A stretch of 32,000 nt of DNA from Saccharolobus solfataricus (GCF_900079115.1 NZ_LT549890.1:390001-422000), one strand, 5' to 3'; numbered from the stretch's first letter, positions 1 through 9,802 are shown. Notes: a model not told the origin generated them from the letters alone. Translations and numbers: made by a program.

Positions 1-430
1 ATACATACTTTAGACTAGTTATAAATCTTACTACAAACCCGGATACAATTCCAATGAAATTTGTTAGGACTAGGGTGAAGGTTGAAGCAGCGAGTTTACT
101 AAAGAACAATATAAACACCGCATCAGAAATAGAAGAAATATGCAACAAATATACCAATAAAACCAATGCAACAATATACTGGACTATATTTCCAAGGTAA
201 GAAGATCCATGGAATTTTAATAAACGATTAAGGTACGAATTATTCCTCTTATCTTTGAATGTCCATATATCATTTAAGACGAAATTAAAGATGAGTGAAA
301 TCTCGATTGCAATGGCTAGAGAAACCCCAATTGGTATAGTCTTAGAGGCTAAAACGTAAGTGACTTCATTTACAATTGTGCCTAAACCACCAACTAAAGC
401 AAACTTAGCGAGCCTGATTAGTAATGACAC
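1..430 (-). CDS. GtrA-like family membrane protein (3' end runs off the window start)
   Basis: My own minus-strand translation from GTG at 430: VSLLIRLAKFALVGGLGTIVNEV...SLIFNFVLNDIWTFKDK...GIVSGFVVRF. The frame is open to nt 1, with an in-frame stop just upstream at 452-454. Four hydrophobic segments and an F..VG..G N-terminus are typical of GtrA-type proteins. It is absent from the ORF track because the window edge truncates it. Confidence 0.6.
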   Translation of the reverse strand, partial: MSLLIRLAKFALVGGLGTIVNEVTYVLASKTIPIGVSLAIAIEISLIFNFVLNDIWTFKDKRNNSYLNRLLKFHGSSYLGNIVQYIVALVLLVYLLHISSISDAVFILFFSKLAASTFTLVLTNFIGIVSGFVVRFITSLKYV

Positions 431-467
431 AAAAATAGTTATCTGCCCAAACTAATAAATAAATTCC

Positions 468-1178
468 CTATGGTTTAACAGTATAGTAAACTCTCTTTCT
501 CCCTTTCCCTTTGTTTTCAACTTTAAGTAATACTATTTCTCCTATTTCCTTGGTATTCTTAACGTGAGGTCCACCATCAGCTTGGATATCTATACCCGGA
601 ATCTCAACAATTCGCCATATGGGAATCTGTGGTGGATTTCTTCCAGCTAGTTTCACTATAGCTGGTATCATTAGAGCTTCTTCCCTAGGTAGAAAATAGA
701 TCTTCAACTCTATGTCTTTTTTGATTATTTCGTTAGCTTCATTTATTAACTCAATAAGGGTATCTTTATTTTCAACATTAAAATCGTCCTTAGCTTGTTC
801 TGGGCTAATGTGCCCTCCGGTTATCAAAGCTCCGAATTTTCTATAAGCCAATGCAGCGACTATATGCGAAGCGGTATGTAATCGCATCATTCTATATCTT
901 CTGTCCCAATCTATTGTGCCTATAACTTTTTCATTAACATTAAGGGAACCATTTTGATCTATCTTATGTAAAATCTCTCCGTTTTCTCCCCTTTTTACCT
1001 CAGTAACGCTTATTCTCTCCCCTTTCTCATTGACTAGGAATCCAGTATCGTTATCTAAACCTCCTCCACCTGGATAAAAAGCTGTCTTATCAAGTATTAC
1101 GTAGTTACCTTCTATCCTAACTACTCTTCCCTCGAATTCTTTAATGTAAGAATCCTTTAGATAGAGTTCTTCTGTCAT
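468..1178 (-). CDS. alaX: AlaX-type Ala-tRNA editing protein (alanyl/threonyl-tRNA synthetase second additional domain)
   Basis: 236 aa. It has the N-terminal AlaRS-like beta-barrel (ILDKTAFYPGGGGLDNDTG) and the editing-domain Zn motif (HTASHIV ... GGPHV). Confidence 0.85.
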   Translation of the reverse strand: MTEELYLKDSYIKEFEGRVVRIEGNYVILDKTAFYPGGGGLDNDTGFLVNEKGERISVTEVKRGENGEILHKIDQNGSLNVNEKVIGTIDWDRRYRMMRLHTASHIVAALAYRKFGALITGGHISPEQAKDDFNVENKDTLIELINEANEIIKKDIELKIYFLPREEALMIPAIVKLAGRNPPQIPIWRIVEIPGIDIQADGGPHVKNTKEIGEIVLLKVENKGKGRKRVYYTVKP

Positions 1179-1451
1179 TTAGTTTAACTTGTTACCTTGT
1201 AATATAAATATTCCATTCTTGTGCTTGTAAGTTAAGGTTAATGGGTCTATCCTTATTGGTAACGATATCACTTTAATTATTCGGTTATTTATCGAATCAG
1301 TTATATAAATCTTGTTTCCGTCAGTATTTATCTTTACTCTATTATATTCTAGTTCTTTCCACCTAAGATCTAAGTATATTACCACGTTATCAGTTGATAC
1401 GAAGATGTCGTATTCTGGATCTTCATCTTCTTTAATGAACGTGTTTGGCAT
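1179..1451 (-). CDS. small conserved hypothetical protein with a weak Hsp20/alpha-crystallin-like beta-sandwich pattern
   Basis: 90 aa. Its stop codon (1181-1179) directly abuts the alaX ATG (1178). The pattern DIFVS.D..VIYLDL......V.I......I.I......I..I.LP..ID......YK.KNGIF.L resembles an alpha-crystallin domain. Confidence 0.45.
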   Translation of the reverse strand: MPNTFIKEDEDPEYDIFVSTDNVVIYLDLRWKELEYNRVKINTDGNKIYITDSINNRIIKVISLPIRIDPLTLTYKHKNGIFILQGNKLN

Positions 1452-1539
1452 ATTACTTATTTCCGATTCTAATAATTTAAACTCTTCACATTATGTGTTT
1501 GATCTTATAAGAGTTGATGAGGTAAGATATATATTAGCC

Positions 1540-2166
1540 ATGCTCGGAAAGGATTTTCAGAAAATGTGGGGTTATGAGGAAAATAAATTTAAAATAAAGG
1601 GCTCTAAAGAGCCCTTAAAATACAAGTTGGTTCAAGCTCACTATAAAATCAGCTCCATGATAAGTAGGCTTGACGCTTACATTTCCAGAATGCAAGAAAG
1701 AGATAAAATATTATTTGAAAGAGTCGTAGAAGCACAAATGTCTAAGGATACACAAAGAGCAGCAATGTATGCTAATGAGGTAGCTGAAATTAGAAAGATT
1801 TCCAGACAATTATTAACAACTCAAATTGCCTTAGAGCAAGTACAACTTAGATTAGAGACAGTAACTGAGTTAGGAGATGTGTTCGTAAACTTGATCCCAG
1901 TATTGGGTGTTATTGGTGAATTGAAGTCTGCCTTAAGAGGTATAATGCCTGAAGTTTCGTTAGAACTGACAGAATTAGGAGAAGGATTACAAGAAATAGT
2001 TACCGAGTCTGGAGAATTCACAGGTATGGGATCTTACGCAGCAGCATCTTCACCAGAGGCAAGGAAGATATTGGAAGAAGCATCTGTTGTTGCTGAACAG
2101 AGAATGAAGGAGAAGTTCCCAGACCTACCTGTCGGTACCGGATTAGCCTCTAAATCTAATTCCTAA
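1540..2166 (+). CDS. ESCRT-III / CdvB paralog (Snf7 family), lacking a C-terminal winged-helix
   Basis: Internal ATG at 1540 (M77 of tracked ORF 1312-2166). The upstream 76 codons overlap the minus-strand gene and look non-coding. The sequence ...[42 protein letters not shown]... is characteristic of Sulfolobus CdvB-family helical hairpins. Confidence 0.85.
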   Translation: MLGKDFQKMWGYEENKFKIKGSKEPLKYKLVQAHYKISSMISRLDAYISRMQERDKILFERVVEAQMSKDTQRAAMYANEVAEIRKISRQLLTTQIALEQVQLRLETVTELGDVFVNLIPVLGVIGELKSALRGIMPEVSLELTELGEGLQEIVTESGEFTGMGSYAAASSPEARKILEEASVVAEQRMKEKFPDLPVGTGLASKSNS

Positions 2167-2200
2167 CCCTTGTAACCGCATATTTCACTTAATTTTAACC

Positions 2201-2208
2201 TTTTATAT
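2201..2208 (+). promoter_or_regulatory. TATA box for trpS
   Basis: TTTTATAT is centred about 27 nt upstream of the ATG at 2231, consistent with a leaderless archaeal transcript. Confidence 0.45.
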
Positions 2209-2230
2209 TTTCATGTATTTTCTTACTACA

Positions 2231-3373
2231 ATGCCAGATGAATTTACTGTAACTCCTTGGGAAGTTAAGGGTAAAGTTGATTATGATAAACTAATTGTTC
2301 AATTTGGTACTCAGAAAATTACAGAAGAGCTGAAACAAAGAATTAAGAACTTAGCTGGGGATTTGCATGTCATGCTCAGGAGAAACGTATTTTTTTCTCA
2401 TAGGGATTTAGATTTAGTTTTAAATGACTATGAGAAAAGTAAAGGATTCTTCCTATATACTGGAAGAGCGCCTTCCTTAGGTATGCATATAGGACATCTG
2501 ATACCATTCATATTTACCAAATGGCTACAAGAGAAATTTAATGCTAATTTATACATTGAGATAACTGACGACGAGAAGTACATGAGAAATCCAGAATTTA
2601 CATTAGATCAAACTAGGAGTTGGGCTTACGATAATATTTTAGATATAATCGCTGTTGGCTTTAATCCCGATAAAACGTTCATCTTCCAAGATACAGAGTA
2701 CATAAGGAATATGTATCCTATAACAGTGAAAATAGCAAAGAAGCTGACGTTTTCAGAAGTAAGAGCTACTTTTGGATTAGACGCATCCTCAAATATAGGT
2801 CTCATATTTTACCCAGCCCTACAGATAGCTCCTACCATGTTTGAAAAGAAGAGATGTCTAATACCAGCCGGTATAGATCAAGATCCCTATTGGAGATTGC
2901 AAAGGGATATAGCGGAAAGCCTTGGGTATTATAAGGCTGCGCAGATACATAGTAAATTCCTTCCCCCACTCACGGGTCCAGAGGGCAAGATGAGTTCTTC
3001 AAACCCAGAAACGGCAATATATCTTGTAGATGATCCTAAAACCGTGGAAAGGAAAATCATGAAATACGCATTTTCAGGGGGACAACCCACAATAGAGTTA
3101 CATAGGAAATATGGCGGAAACCCGGAAATAGATGTTCCCTTTCAGTGGTTATATTACTTCTTTGAGGAGGATGATAATAGGATTAAGGAGATTGAGGAGG
3201 AGTATAGATCAGGCAAGATGTTAACCGGTGAGTTAAAACAGATATTAATAGACAAACTAAATAATTTCTTAGAAGAACACAGAAGAAGGAGGGAAGAAGC
3301 AAAAGAACTTGTACATGTATTTAAATATGATGGTAAATTAGCTAAGCAGATGTGGGAGAAGATTCACGAATAG
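2231..3373 (+). CDS. trpS: tryptophanyl-tRNA synthetase (class I, archaeal/eukaryal type)
   Basis: It carries the HIGH-type motif (GMHIGHLIPF), KMSSS, and the TPWEVKGKVDYDKLIVQFG N-terminus. The start is placed at M7 (2231) because TATA box TTTTATAT (2201-2208) lies about 27 nt upstream. The alternative start is 2213. Confidence 0.92.
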   Translation: MPDEFTVTPWEVKGKVDYDKLIVQFGTQKITEELKQRIKNLAGDLHVMLRRNVFFSHRDLDLVLNDYEKSKGFFLYTGRAPSLGMHIGHLIPFIFTKWLQEKFNANLYIEITDDEKYMRNPEFTLDQTRSWAYDNILDIIAVGFNPDKTFIFQDTEYIRNMYPITVKIAKKLTFSEVRATFGLDASSNIGLIFYPALQIAPTMFEKKRCLIPAGIDQDPYWRLQRDIAESLGYYKAAQIHSKFLPPLTGPEGKMSSSNPETAIYLVDDPKTVERKIMKYAFSGGQPTIELHRKYGGNPEIDVPFQWLYYFFEEDDNRIKEIEEEYRSGKMLTGELKQILIDKLNNFLEEHRRRREEAKELVHVFKYDGKLAKQMWEKIHE

Positions 3374-3794
3374 GTCTATATAAACCCATTTTCTTTAAGT
3401 GATACACCACGAGATTAGTTGAAATATTGAGCTCTTTTGCGATCCTATATATACTATTTCCTTTAATATACTCTTCTCTTATCTTCTCTATTTCCTTTGC
3501 ATCCAACTTTCTTCTCTTTTTACCTAGATTGTATTTTTTAAGAATTCTTAATACGGTATTAAAGTTGATATTTAATTCCCTACTTATCCTATTTGCACTA
3601 TAACCTTGTTTACCCATTTCTATGATTTTTTGTATTTTATCGTTAGGCACTTTTCCCCTGAAATTAACCTTAGCCTTAATTAGCATTCTACGAACCTTGG
3701 AATAACTTAACCCTAATTGATTTGCAATCTCTCTAATACTTAATCCTTCTTCATACATTTTCTTAACTTTTTCAATGTTTTCTTCCTCGCTCAC
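3342..3794 (-). CDS. DNA-binding protein made of three tandem helix-turn-helix modules
   Basis: 150 aa with a GTG start at 3794. It contains three ~45-aa repeats with the pattern I(E/Q)K(I/V)......G.S...I(A/S).(E/Q)L(G/N)(L/I)(S/N)...V...L(K/I)K. The 3' end overlaps the trpS 3' end by 32 nt. Confidence 0.7.
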   Translation of the reverse strand: MSEEENIEKVKKMYEEGLSIREIANQLGLSYSKVRRMLIKAKVNFRGKVPNDKIQKIIEMGKQGYSANRISRELNINFNTVLRILKKYNLGKKRRKLDAKEIEKIREEYIKGNSIYRIAKELNISTNLVVYHLKKMGLYRPIRESSPTSA

Positions 3795-3817
3795 GAGTTA
3801 TGTGTATACTAAACCAA

Positions 3818-3827
3818 TTATATTAAT
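3818..3827. promoter_or_regulatory. shared AT-box (TTATATTAAT) at the midpoint of a 55-bp divergent intergenic region
   Basis: The box is centred about 27-28 nt from both the GTG at 3794 (minus strand) and the ATG at 3850 (plus strand). Confidence 0.4.
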
Positions 3828-3849
3828 CTTTTCCCAAAATCTATGTAAG

Positions 3850-4572
3850 ATGATAAAAATAGGTACATGTGGATTTACGAGAAAGCATTTCAATTATTTT
3901 GATGTTCTTGAGGTCCAAGAGACTTTTTACAACTTCTTATCAGAAGAAAGGCTAAATAAATTGAAGGAACTTTCTATACGGAATAAAGTTGAGCTAACTA
4001 TTAAGGCTAATCAGATAATTACACATGAATATAATAGAATTACATATAAGAGATTTAAGAAAATTATTGGGGACGTCAAAAACTACGGATATTTTAGACC
4101 AACTAAAGAAGTTATGCAAGCTCTGGAAATCACATTAAATGAAGCAAAATTTTTAAATTCTAGGATTATAATATTTCAGACACCTCCATCCTTTGCACCA
4201 AATAATGAAAACATAAAAAATCTTAAAGACTTTTTCAGTATTCTAGATAAATCATTTATCTATGGTTGGGAGCCTAGAGGAGAATGGAATCAAAATCATG
4301 AAGTTCTGCTTAAAATATTTTCTCAAATTGATGTAATTCACGTAGTAGATCCATTCAAAAACAAGTCAGTAGATGATAAGCAAATTAGATATTTTCGACT
4401 TCACGGTTTAGGATCCAGCGAAGTTAATTATAGATATAAATACACTAAGGCTGATTTGGAGAAACTAAAGGAATATGTGTTATCTGAAAGGAAAGAGCTA
4501 ATTTACGTCCTTTTCAATAACGTTTACTCGTTTGATGACGCTTTAAGTTTTAAAAGGATGATTGAAGGATAG
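3850..4572 (+). CDS. DUF72 (UPF0759) family protein
   Basis: MIKIGTCGFTRKHFNYFDVLEVQETFY is a typical DUF72 N-terminus. The start is M26 of the tracked ORF, and the TATA-like box at 3818-3825 supports it. Confidence 0.75.
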   Translation: MIKIGTCGFTRKHFNYFDVLEVQETFYNFLSEERLNKLKELSIRNKVELTIKANQIITHEYNRITYKRFKKIIGDVKNYGYFRPTKEVMQALEITLNEAKFLNSRIIIFQTPPSFAPNNENIKNLKDFFSILDKSFIYGWEPRGEWNQNHEVLLKIFSQIDVIHVVDPFKNKSVDDKQIRYFRLHGLGSSEVNYRYKYTKADLEKLKEYVLSERKELIYVLFNNVYSFDDALSFKRMIEG

Positions 4573-4580
4573 TCTAATAA

Positions 4581-5141
4581 ATGTTACTCACTTACTTGGG
4601 CTTAGGAATTATTCTTGGTTTATCCATGGCTGCACCTCCCGGACCGGTTAATGCAATGATCGCAAATGAGTCTATGAAATCGTGGCTTCATGGAAGTAGT
4701 ATTGGGGCGGGAGCAATGACAGCTGATTTAATTTTCTTTATAATAGTTTACTTCATTCAAGGATACATCCCTACACCAATTAGAAATGCCCTATATATAA
4801 TAGGTGGTATTTTCATGTTATATTTATCGTACTTAACAATTAGAGCTAAAATGCCTTCTAAGTCCATAAAAGGAAATTATTTCATAGGACTTTCCATGGG
4901 TTTAACTAATCCATACCAAATAAGTTGGTGGATTACTGTTGGAATTTCCATTATCAGGTCCCTTTCAATTTTAATAATACCGGGATTTTTTGTTGGTATA
5001 CTAATATGGATAATAGCTTTTCCGAAGGCAGTAAATATGTTAGGATCAAAATACGTCAAGTATGTAAAGGTAATTTCATCTGTAATATTAGTCATATTCG
5101 GTGTCTACTTATTATACGAGGGTATTCTAAATGTTATCTAA
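4581..5141 (+). CDS. LysE/RhtB-type amino-acid exporter
   Basis: 186 aa and multi-TM. The N-terminal [12 protein letters not shown] motif is typical of LysE-family translocators. Confidence 0.8.
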   Translation: MLLTYLGLGIILGLSMAAPPGPVNAMIANESMKSWLHGSSIGAGAMTADLIFFIIVYFIQGYIPTPIRNALYIIGGIFMLYLSYLTIRAKMPSKSIKGNYFIGLSMGLTNPYQISWWITVGISIIRSLSILIIPGFFVGILIWIIAFPKAVNMLGSKYVKYVKVISSVILVIFGVYLLYEGILNVI

Positions 5142-5856
5142 GCAGGAAATAAGAGAATTAATATGGAGAAAATTAGAGGAGGGAAATATAGCACTGTTTC
5201 CGAGGCCAGTTTACGGTAGGATTCCTAATTTTAAAGGAGCCGAAGAAGCTGCTTTAAACTTAGTAAAGTGTAAAGAGTTCGAAAACGCCGAAATAATTAA
5301 GGTTAACCCTGATTCCCCACAATATAAGGTAAGAGAAATTGCGTTGAGACATAAGAAAAAGGTTCTAGTCCCTACTCCTAGATTAAGAGGAGACTTCTTT
5401 TTATTAGATCCTTCTAGAATTTCACCTTCTGATATACCAAGAGCTTCTAGAATATCCGGCTTTGAAAAATATGGAATAAGGATAAGTTTAGAAGATATAG
5501 TGAGGGTTGATTTCATGGTAGCTGGATCTGTGGCTGTTGACATAAATGGAAATAGGGTTGGCAAAGGTGAAGGATATAGTGAGTTGGAGTTTGCAATTTT
5601 AAGGGAGCTTGGTAAGGTAGATGAGAATACCCCTATTGCAACTACTGTTCATGATGTACAAATAGTTGATGAGATACCCTCAGAACCTTTTGATGTACCA
5701 GTTGATATAATTGCAACTCCCTCTAGGCTTATAAGGGTTAATAGGAAAAGAGAAAAACCAAAGGGAATTTACTTAGAATATTTAAGTAAGCAAAAAATAG
5801 ATAATACACCTTTGTTGAGGGAATACTTAAAGAAAAGAGGATATAATAGTATGTAA
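5131..5856 (+). CDS. 5-formyltetrahydrofolate cyclo-ligase family protein
   Basis: 241 aa. The N-terminal [12 protein letters not shown] and the later [16 protein letters not shown] motif are typical of the 5-FTHF cyclo-ligase fold. It overlaps the upstream gene by 11 nt. Confidence 0.7.
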   Translation: MLSKQEIRELIWRKLEEGNIALFPRPVYGRIPNFKGAEEAALNLVKCKEFENAEIIKVNPDSPQYKVREIALRHKKKVLVPTPRLRGDFFLLDPSRISPSDIPRASRISGFEKYGIRISLEDIVRVDFMVAGSVAVDINGNRVGKGEGYSELEFAILRELGKVDENTPIATTVHDVQIVDEIPSEPFDVPVDIIATPSRLIRVNRKREKPKGIYLEYLSKQKIDNTPLLREYLKKRGYNSM

Positions 5857-6177
5857 ATCTTTACAAGTTTCTTCTGATCTTTTAATAAGTTTTTTCTTTA
5901 GCTCCTCTTTATTGATACGGTATAAGAACTTTGGTCTTCCTCCTCTACTCACACTAGTTTTCTCTTTTTCTACTAATCCAGCATCAGCTAACTTCTTTAG
6001 TATTAGACTTGCCCTACTCTTGCTTATTCCTAATTCTCCAGCTATTGCATCTACATCTTTTCCAGTCTCACTACTTACTATCTTTATGAAGGCATCTACA
6101 TCTGCCTCTGATAGACCATAGGCTACTATTAAGAACCTTTTCAATAAAAAACTTTTTTCGCTAATTTCAATACTCAA
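5827..6177 (-). CDS. winged-helix transcriptional regulator (TrmB/MarR-like)
   Basis: 116 aa with a TTG start; there is no internal Met, and an in-frame stop lies at 6201-6199. HTH: [28 protein letters not shown]. An AT-rich box sits about 25 nt upstream. Confidence 0.65.
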   Translation of the reverse strand: MSIEISEKSFLLKRFLIVAYGLSEADVDAFIKIVSSETGKDVDAIAGELGISKSRASLILKKLADAGLVEKEKTSVSRGGRPKFLYRINKEELKKKLIKRSEETCKDLHTIISSFL

Positions 6178-6275
6178 TAAACTTTCACCAATCTTTATTT
6201 AATATTTTTTTATTTTTAAGTTTTTCCTTCATTAACCCTCAATTTTTTATTTGCATTTATATAATAAATATTATC

Positions 6276-6494
6276 ATGAGTGCAGAGTTAAAACGCAAAA
6301 TAATTGACATCGTATCTAAAGGTGATAAAACGTCCACACAAATAAGGGATGAACTAATTCAAATGGGGGAGGAGATTAATTTATTGGAATTTAGAAAAGT
6401 TCTAGCGAATTTAGTTAGAGAAGGACTATTAGAAAAATATCCAGTTTATAATGAAAGGAAATTTTATTTTCGACTTAAGTCAAAAAGCTATTGA
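6276..6494 (+). CDS. small winged-helix-like protein
   Basis: 72 aa. TSTQIRDEL......LEFRKVLANLVREGLLEK fits a wHTH. It is divergent from the 116-aa regulator, and AT-rich TATA-like elements lie upstream. Confidence 0.5.
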   Translation: MSAELKRKIIDIVSKGDKTSTQIRDELIQMGEEINLLEFRKVLANLVREGLLEKYPVYNERKFYFRLKSKSY

Positions 6495-7378
6495 TTGGAT
6501 TCAACAATTTTAATTACTTTGTCAGCTATATTTAAGAATTCTTTAGAAGTTGGACTGTCTGGATGTTTCAAAAAGAAGGGTTCTCCAGCATCATTAGCTT
6601 CTGCTATGGAAGGATCAAGAGGAACTTGACCTAAAAGGTCTACTCCCATTTCCTCTGCCATTTTCTTACCTTTACCTTCTCCAAATATATAATAGACTTT
6701 CCCATCACTTGGGCATACAAAATGGCTCATATTTTCAACTACACCTAATATTTTTGTGTTTACAGTTCTAGCGAAATTTATTGATTTCTTAACAGCTAAT
6801 GTGGAAACTTCAGATGGTATTGTAACGATAACAAATCCTGTAATGCCAGGAACTAATTGAGCAATGGACAAAGCTTCATCTCCAGTCCCTGGGGGCATAT
6901 CTATTATCAGATAGTCCAATTCTCCCCAATTAACGTCACCTAGGAATTGTTTTATCGCTGAATGTTTTATGGCTCCTCTCCATACTACTGGCGTATCGTC
7001 TCTAGGTAATAGAAAATCTATGGAAACAACTTTTATTCCGAAAGGCCCTATAACTGGATTTATTCCCTTATCATCGGCAGTTAACATTTGTCCTCTAACG
7101 CCTAACATTTTTGGCACTGATGGTCCATGGAAATCAACATCTACTATACCTACTTTTCTACCGCTCGCAGCTATAGCCATTGCTAGGTTAGATGAGACAA
7201 ATGATTTACCAACTCCACCTTTTCCACTAACTACTCCAATCTTATATTTTATATTTTTCATCTTCATTTGTACTTTTAGATCAACAGCTTGAACTTGTTG
7301 GTTAACCTTTCTTAAATCACGAGGCTGTCTTTGAGGTTGTGGCTGAGGATTTTGAATTCTAAAAGGATTACTGCTCAT
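6488..7378 (-). CDS. Mrp/NBP35 (ApbC) family Fe-S cluster carrier ATPase
   Basis: It has the deviant Walker A GKGGVGKS, DMPPGTGD, and a CPxxG-type motif (FVCPSDG). The N-terminus has a P/Q-rich extension. Confidence 0.9.
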   Translation of the reverse strand: MSSNPFRIQNPQPQPQRQPRDLRKVNQQVQAVDLKVQMKMKNIKYKIGVVSGKGGVGKSFVSSNLAMAIAASGRKVGIVDVDFHGPSVPKMLGVRGQMLTADDKGINPVIGPFGIKVVSIDFLLPRDDTPVVWRGAIKHSAIKQFLGDVNWGELDYLIIDMPPGTGDEALSIAQLVPGITGFVIVTIPSEVSTLAVKKSINFARTVNTKILGVVENMSHFVCPSDGKVYYIFGEGKGKKMAEEMGVDLLGQVPLDPSIAEANDAGEPFFLKHPDSPTSKEFLNIADKVIKIVESNQ

Positions 7379-7942
7379 CTAGATATCATTCTCATAGGAG
7401 CTAATAATCTTATCTAATTCCTCTAAAAATCTTTGTACTTTTGTATCAACTAACCATTCTATTGGTCCATCACATTGTTTATTTAGTATTTTATTTAATA
7501 TTTGTTCTGTACTCATTTCTGTGGTATCTACTTCACACACCTTATCCTTAAAGGCTTCTCTAGCCTCTTGTGAGATCACTCCTAGAATTTCTGCCTCCAC
7601 GTTCTCAGCTACTTTTATATCAGCCCAACCCCTTCCTTTTAGTTCATTATATAGAGAAAAAGGATTCTTCCTAAGGACAACTACTAAGTCAGCGGTAGAT
7701 ACCAATGAAGGGTATATAGTTTCAATCACGAGATGGCTAGTTGAAATAATTTTCTCTAATTCTTCCTTTACTTTATCCTCGTCTATTATATAACTTTGCC
7801 TAAGTTCATCATATTCCGTATAAAGTTTATTTTCTATAACAAATTGGGAAAGAGAAAGATAGTTTAGATTAAGCGCCTCAGAAAGTTTCTTTGAAGCTAC
7901 GGTTTTTCCCACACCGGGTGTGCCAGTCACTATTATTATCAT
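7379..7942 (-). CDS. Fap7/AK6-type adenylate kinase-like NTPase (ribosome biogenesis factor)
   Basis: 187 aa with the P-loop [14 protein letters not shown] at the extreme N-terminus. The size and layout match archaeal Fap7. It directly abuts the Mrp gene. Confidence 0.8.
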
Positions 7943-8103
7943 TGCTTCACTGCTAATATCGTTTCAATTGCAAATAAAACTATTGAAATCCCAACAAGGG
8001 TTATCTTCACAGCTCTATCTGCCTCACTTTTGATAATTTCATACAAACCGTATGGGAGCATTAAGAATCCTATAATTAATAGTATTTCCTCTACTAATAT
8101 CAT
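7939..8103 (-). CDS. unlisted 54-aa predicted membrane mini-protein
   Basis: My own translation: [54 protein letters not shown], with two hydrophobic helices. Its TGA overlaps the Fap7 ATG (ATGA), and its ATG lies 2 nt after the rhomboid stop. It is below the ORF-track size cut-off. Confidence 0.35.
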
Positions 8104-8379
8104 AATTATTTTATTGTCCTTCCACTCCTTATAAGGTAATAGACAACTGCGTACATAATACCTCCCAAAATACCTCCGATATGAGCAACAACGTTCACAT
8201 TAGGGAATATTAAATCACTAACTCCAAATACTGATACTAAAAATACAAGACCATAAACCCCTAGATTATCCTTTTTTAAGAAATCGTAAAACGTGTAGTA
8301 ACTTAATAATCCAAATATTCCCCCAGACGCTCCCGAGCTTAGTGTAAAAGGACTATAGAATATTACAGTTAGTAGATTT

Positions 8380-8397
8380 CCAGTGGTGTTTCACCAA
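8380..8397. repeat. IS terminal inverted repeat (left)
   Basis: CCAGTGGTGTTTCACCAA is the exact reverse complement of 9803-9820. Confidence 0.85.
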
Positions 8398-8599
8398 ATT
8401 ATTTCATTTGAAAGATATAATATTAGTCCTTTCAAAAAGAGATTGATATAGAGAAAAACAATAAAATTATTATGAAACATAACATGTTAAAATAATTTGC
8501 AAAAAATATAGCGTACAATTCTAATAATAAGAGGAGAATTCTGAATTTTTCTCACGTGGTGAAAACGACGTGCATAGTCTCCTCTGAACACCGAGAAAG

Positions 8600-9565
8600 T
8601 TAGAGAAGCTTGACGAATGAATCGAAGGACAAAACCTTCTTACACGTGGACTTGAAGTTAAAGAGAAGATGATTCACTAGATTCCACGCAGAATCCAGAA
8701 CCGTGTAATAGAGGAACAAGAAGATCTTATTACTCAACTTCCTAACATACCTTATCCTTGCCTTCCTAACCTTAAAACCCTCCTCAACTTGCCACCTCAA
8801 CCTATAGAGTTCAGCCAGTTCATAGGGATCTCCCTCGAAGTTCGTTACGAACATGAAGTGCCTCGGCTTCCCCTTAACGTAAACCACATCGTAATAATAA
8901 AGCCCTTCAAATTTCAAGACCCTATACGCAACGTAAACCCTGTCCTTAACCTCGTATCTCTTCTCAACTAATGGAACGTTAGATAGTTCCTTGAATCCCT
9001 TCAAGTTCGACTTTCCTCTCACAATGGTCTTCACGGGCATTTCCTTGATGACCCCTAGGTTCAAGAATCCGGCGTCAGCTACAACGTAATCTATTTCCAT
9101 GTATTGGCTTACTTCCCTCACGCTCCTGAGTAGGAACTGTGATGGACTGTCGCTTCTCAAATCTGCTACCTCCACTAGGAGGGGTAACCTTAAGGGATAT
9201 ACGAGGTCCAAGGATCTCATCTTTACTCCTTTTCTCTTCCAGTTGTAGAGTAGAAAGCCCTCTGCTTTTTCTTGTTCCTTTTCTCCCACGGTTAATCCGG
9301 TCTCATCTACAGCGACTACGTTGATCTCTCCCTTTACTTCTCTGTAGATTGGGTAGAACTTGAAGGTTCTCTGACCTTTACTAATTACTTTCTCGCCTCG
9401 TCTTACTACCTTCAAGTAGTATTTTCCTCTGTTTCCGGTTAGCAAGGATGGTGCTGCTTTCACTATTTCCGGGTCTAGATCTTGAGAGATAACGTTAATA
9501 TTGTTTGTTGCTAAAGTTATAGCGAGGGACTTCAGCTCCGTTTTGGGTAATATCATGGTTTGCAT
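8600..9565 (-). CDS. IS4-family DDE transposase
   Basis: 321 aa. Candidate DDE residues lie in AVDETG, VVADAGF and the C-terminal YRLRWQVEEGFKVRK, which fits the IS4-family Y-x2-R-x3-E-x6-K signature. Confidence 0.9.
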   Translation of the reverse strand: MQTMILPKTELKSLAITLATNNINVISQDLDPEIVKAAPSLLTGNRGKYYLKVVRRGEKVISKGQRTFKFYPIYREVKGEINVVAVDETGLTVGEKEQEKAEGFLLYNWKRKGVKMRSLDLVYPLRLPLLVEVADLRSDSPSQFLLRSVREVSQYMEIDYVVADAGFLNLGVIKEMPVKTIVRGKSNLKGFKELSNVPLVEKRYEVKDRVYVAYRVLKFEGLYYYDVVYVKGKPRHFMFVTNFEGDPYELAELYRLRWQVEEGFKVRKARIRYVRKLSNKIFLFLYYTVLDSAWNLVNHLLFNFKSTCKKVLSFDSFVKLL

Positions 9566-9802
9566 AACGGAGTTATGGAGTCCCTCGCTTTAACCTTTTC
9601 TTGTTCATCTCGTCCTTCCACCTACTTTCCTCTATTGATAATACTAGACAAATGGTATTACTCTTTATATATAAACTCGTTTTCTGTTAGTTTCTTCAAC
9701 AAATATGAAAATTTTTTGCTTCTTGTGTTGAAATAAGCCGATTTTTCTAACTCCGCTCTGATATTTTTCTCTTCCATAGAAATTGTATCATTTTGAGTAA
9801 AA

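Noticed and set aside
1312-1539. The N-terminal 76 codons of tracked ORF 1312-2166.
   Set aside because: This stretch is antisense to the 90-aa minus-strand gene. It is low-complexity (Ser/Leu/Phe-rich) and lies upstream of the conserved ESCRT-III core. The internal ATG at 1540 is the sensible start.
7290-7378. A P/Q-rich repeat (PQPQPQRQP) at the Mrp N-terminus, considered as a possible nucleotide tandem repeat.
   Set aside because: It is a short low-complexity coding extension and not a discrete DNA repeat array.
8553-8572. A small hairpin, CACGT-N10-ACGTG, inside the IS, downstream of the transposase stop.
   Set aside because: The stem is only 5 bp and no adjacent oligo-T lies on the transcribed strand. 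This is too weak to call a terminator or regulatory structure.
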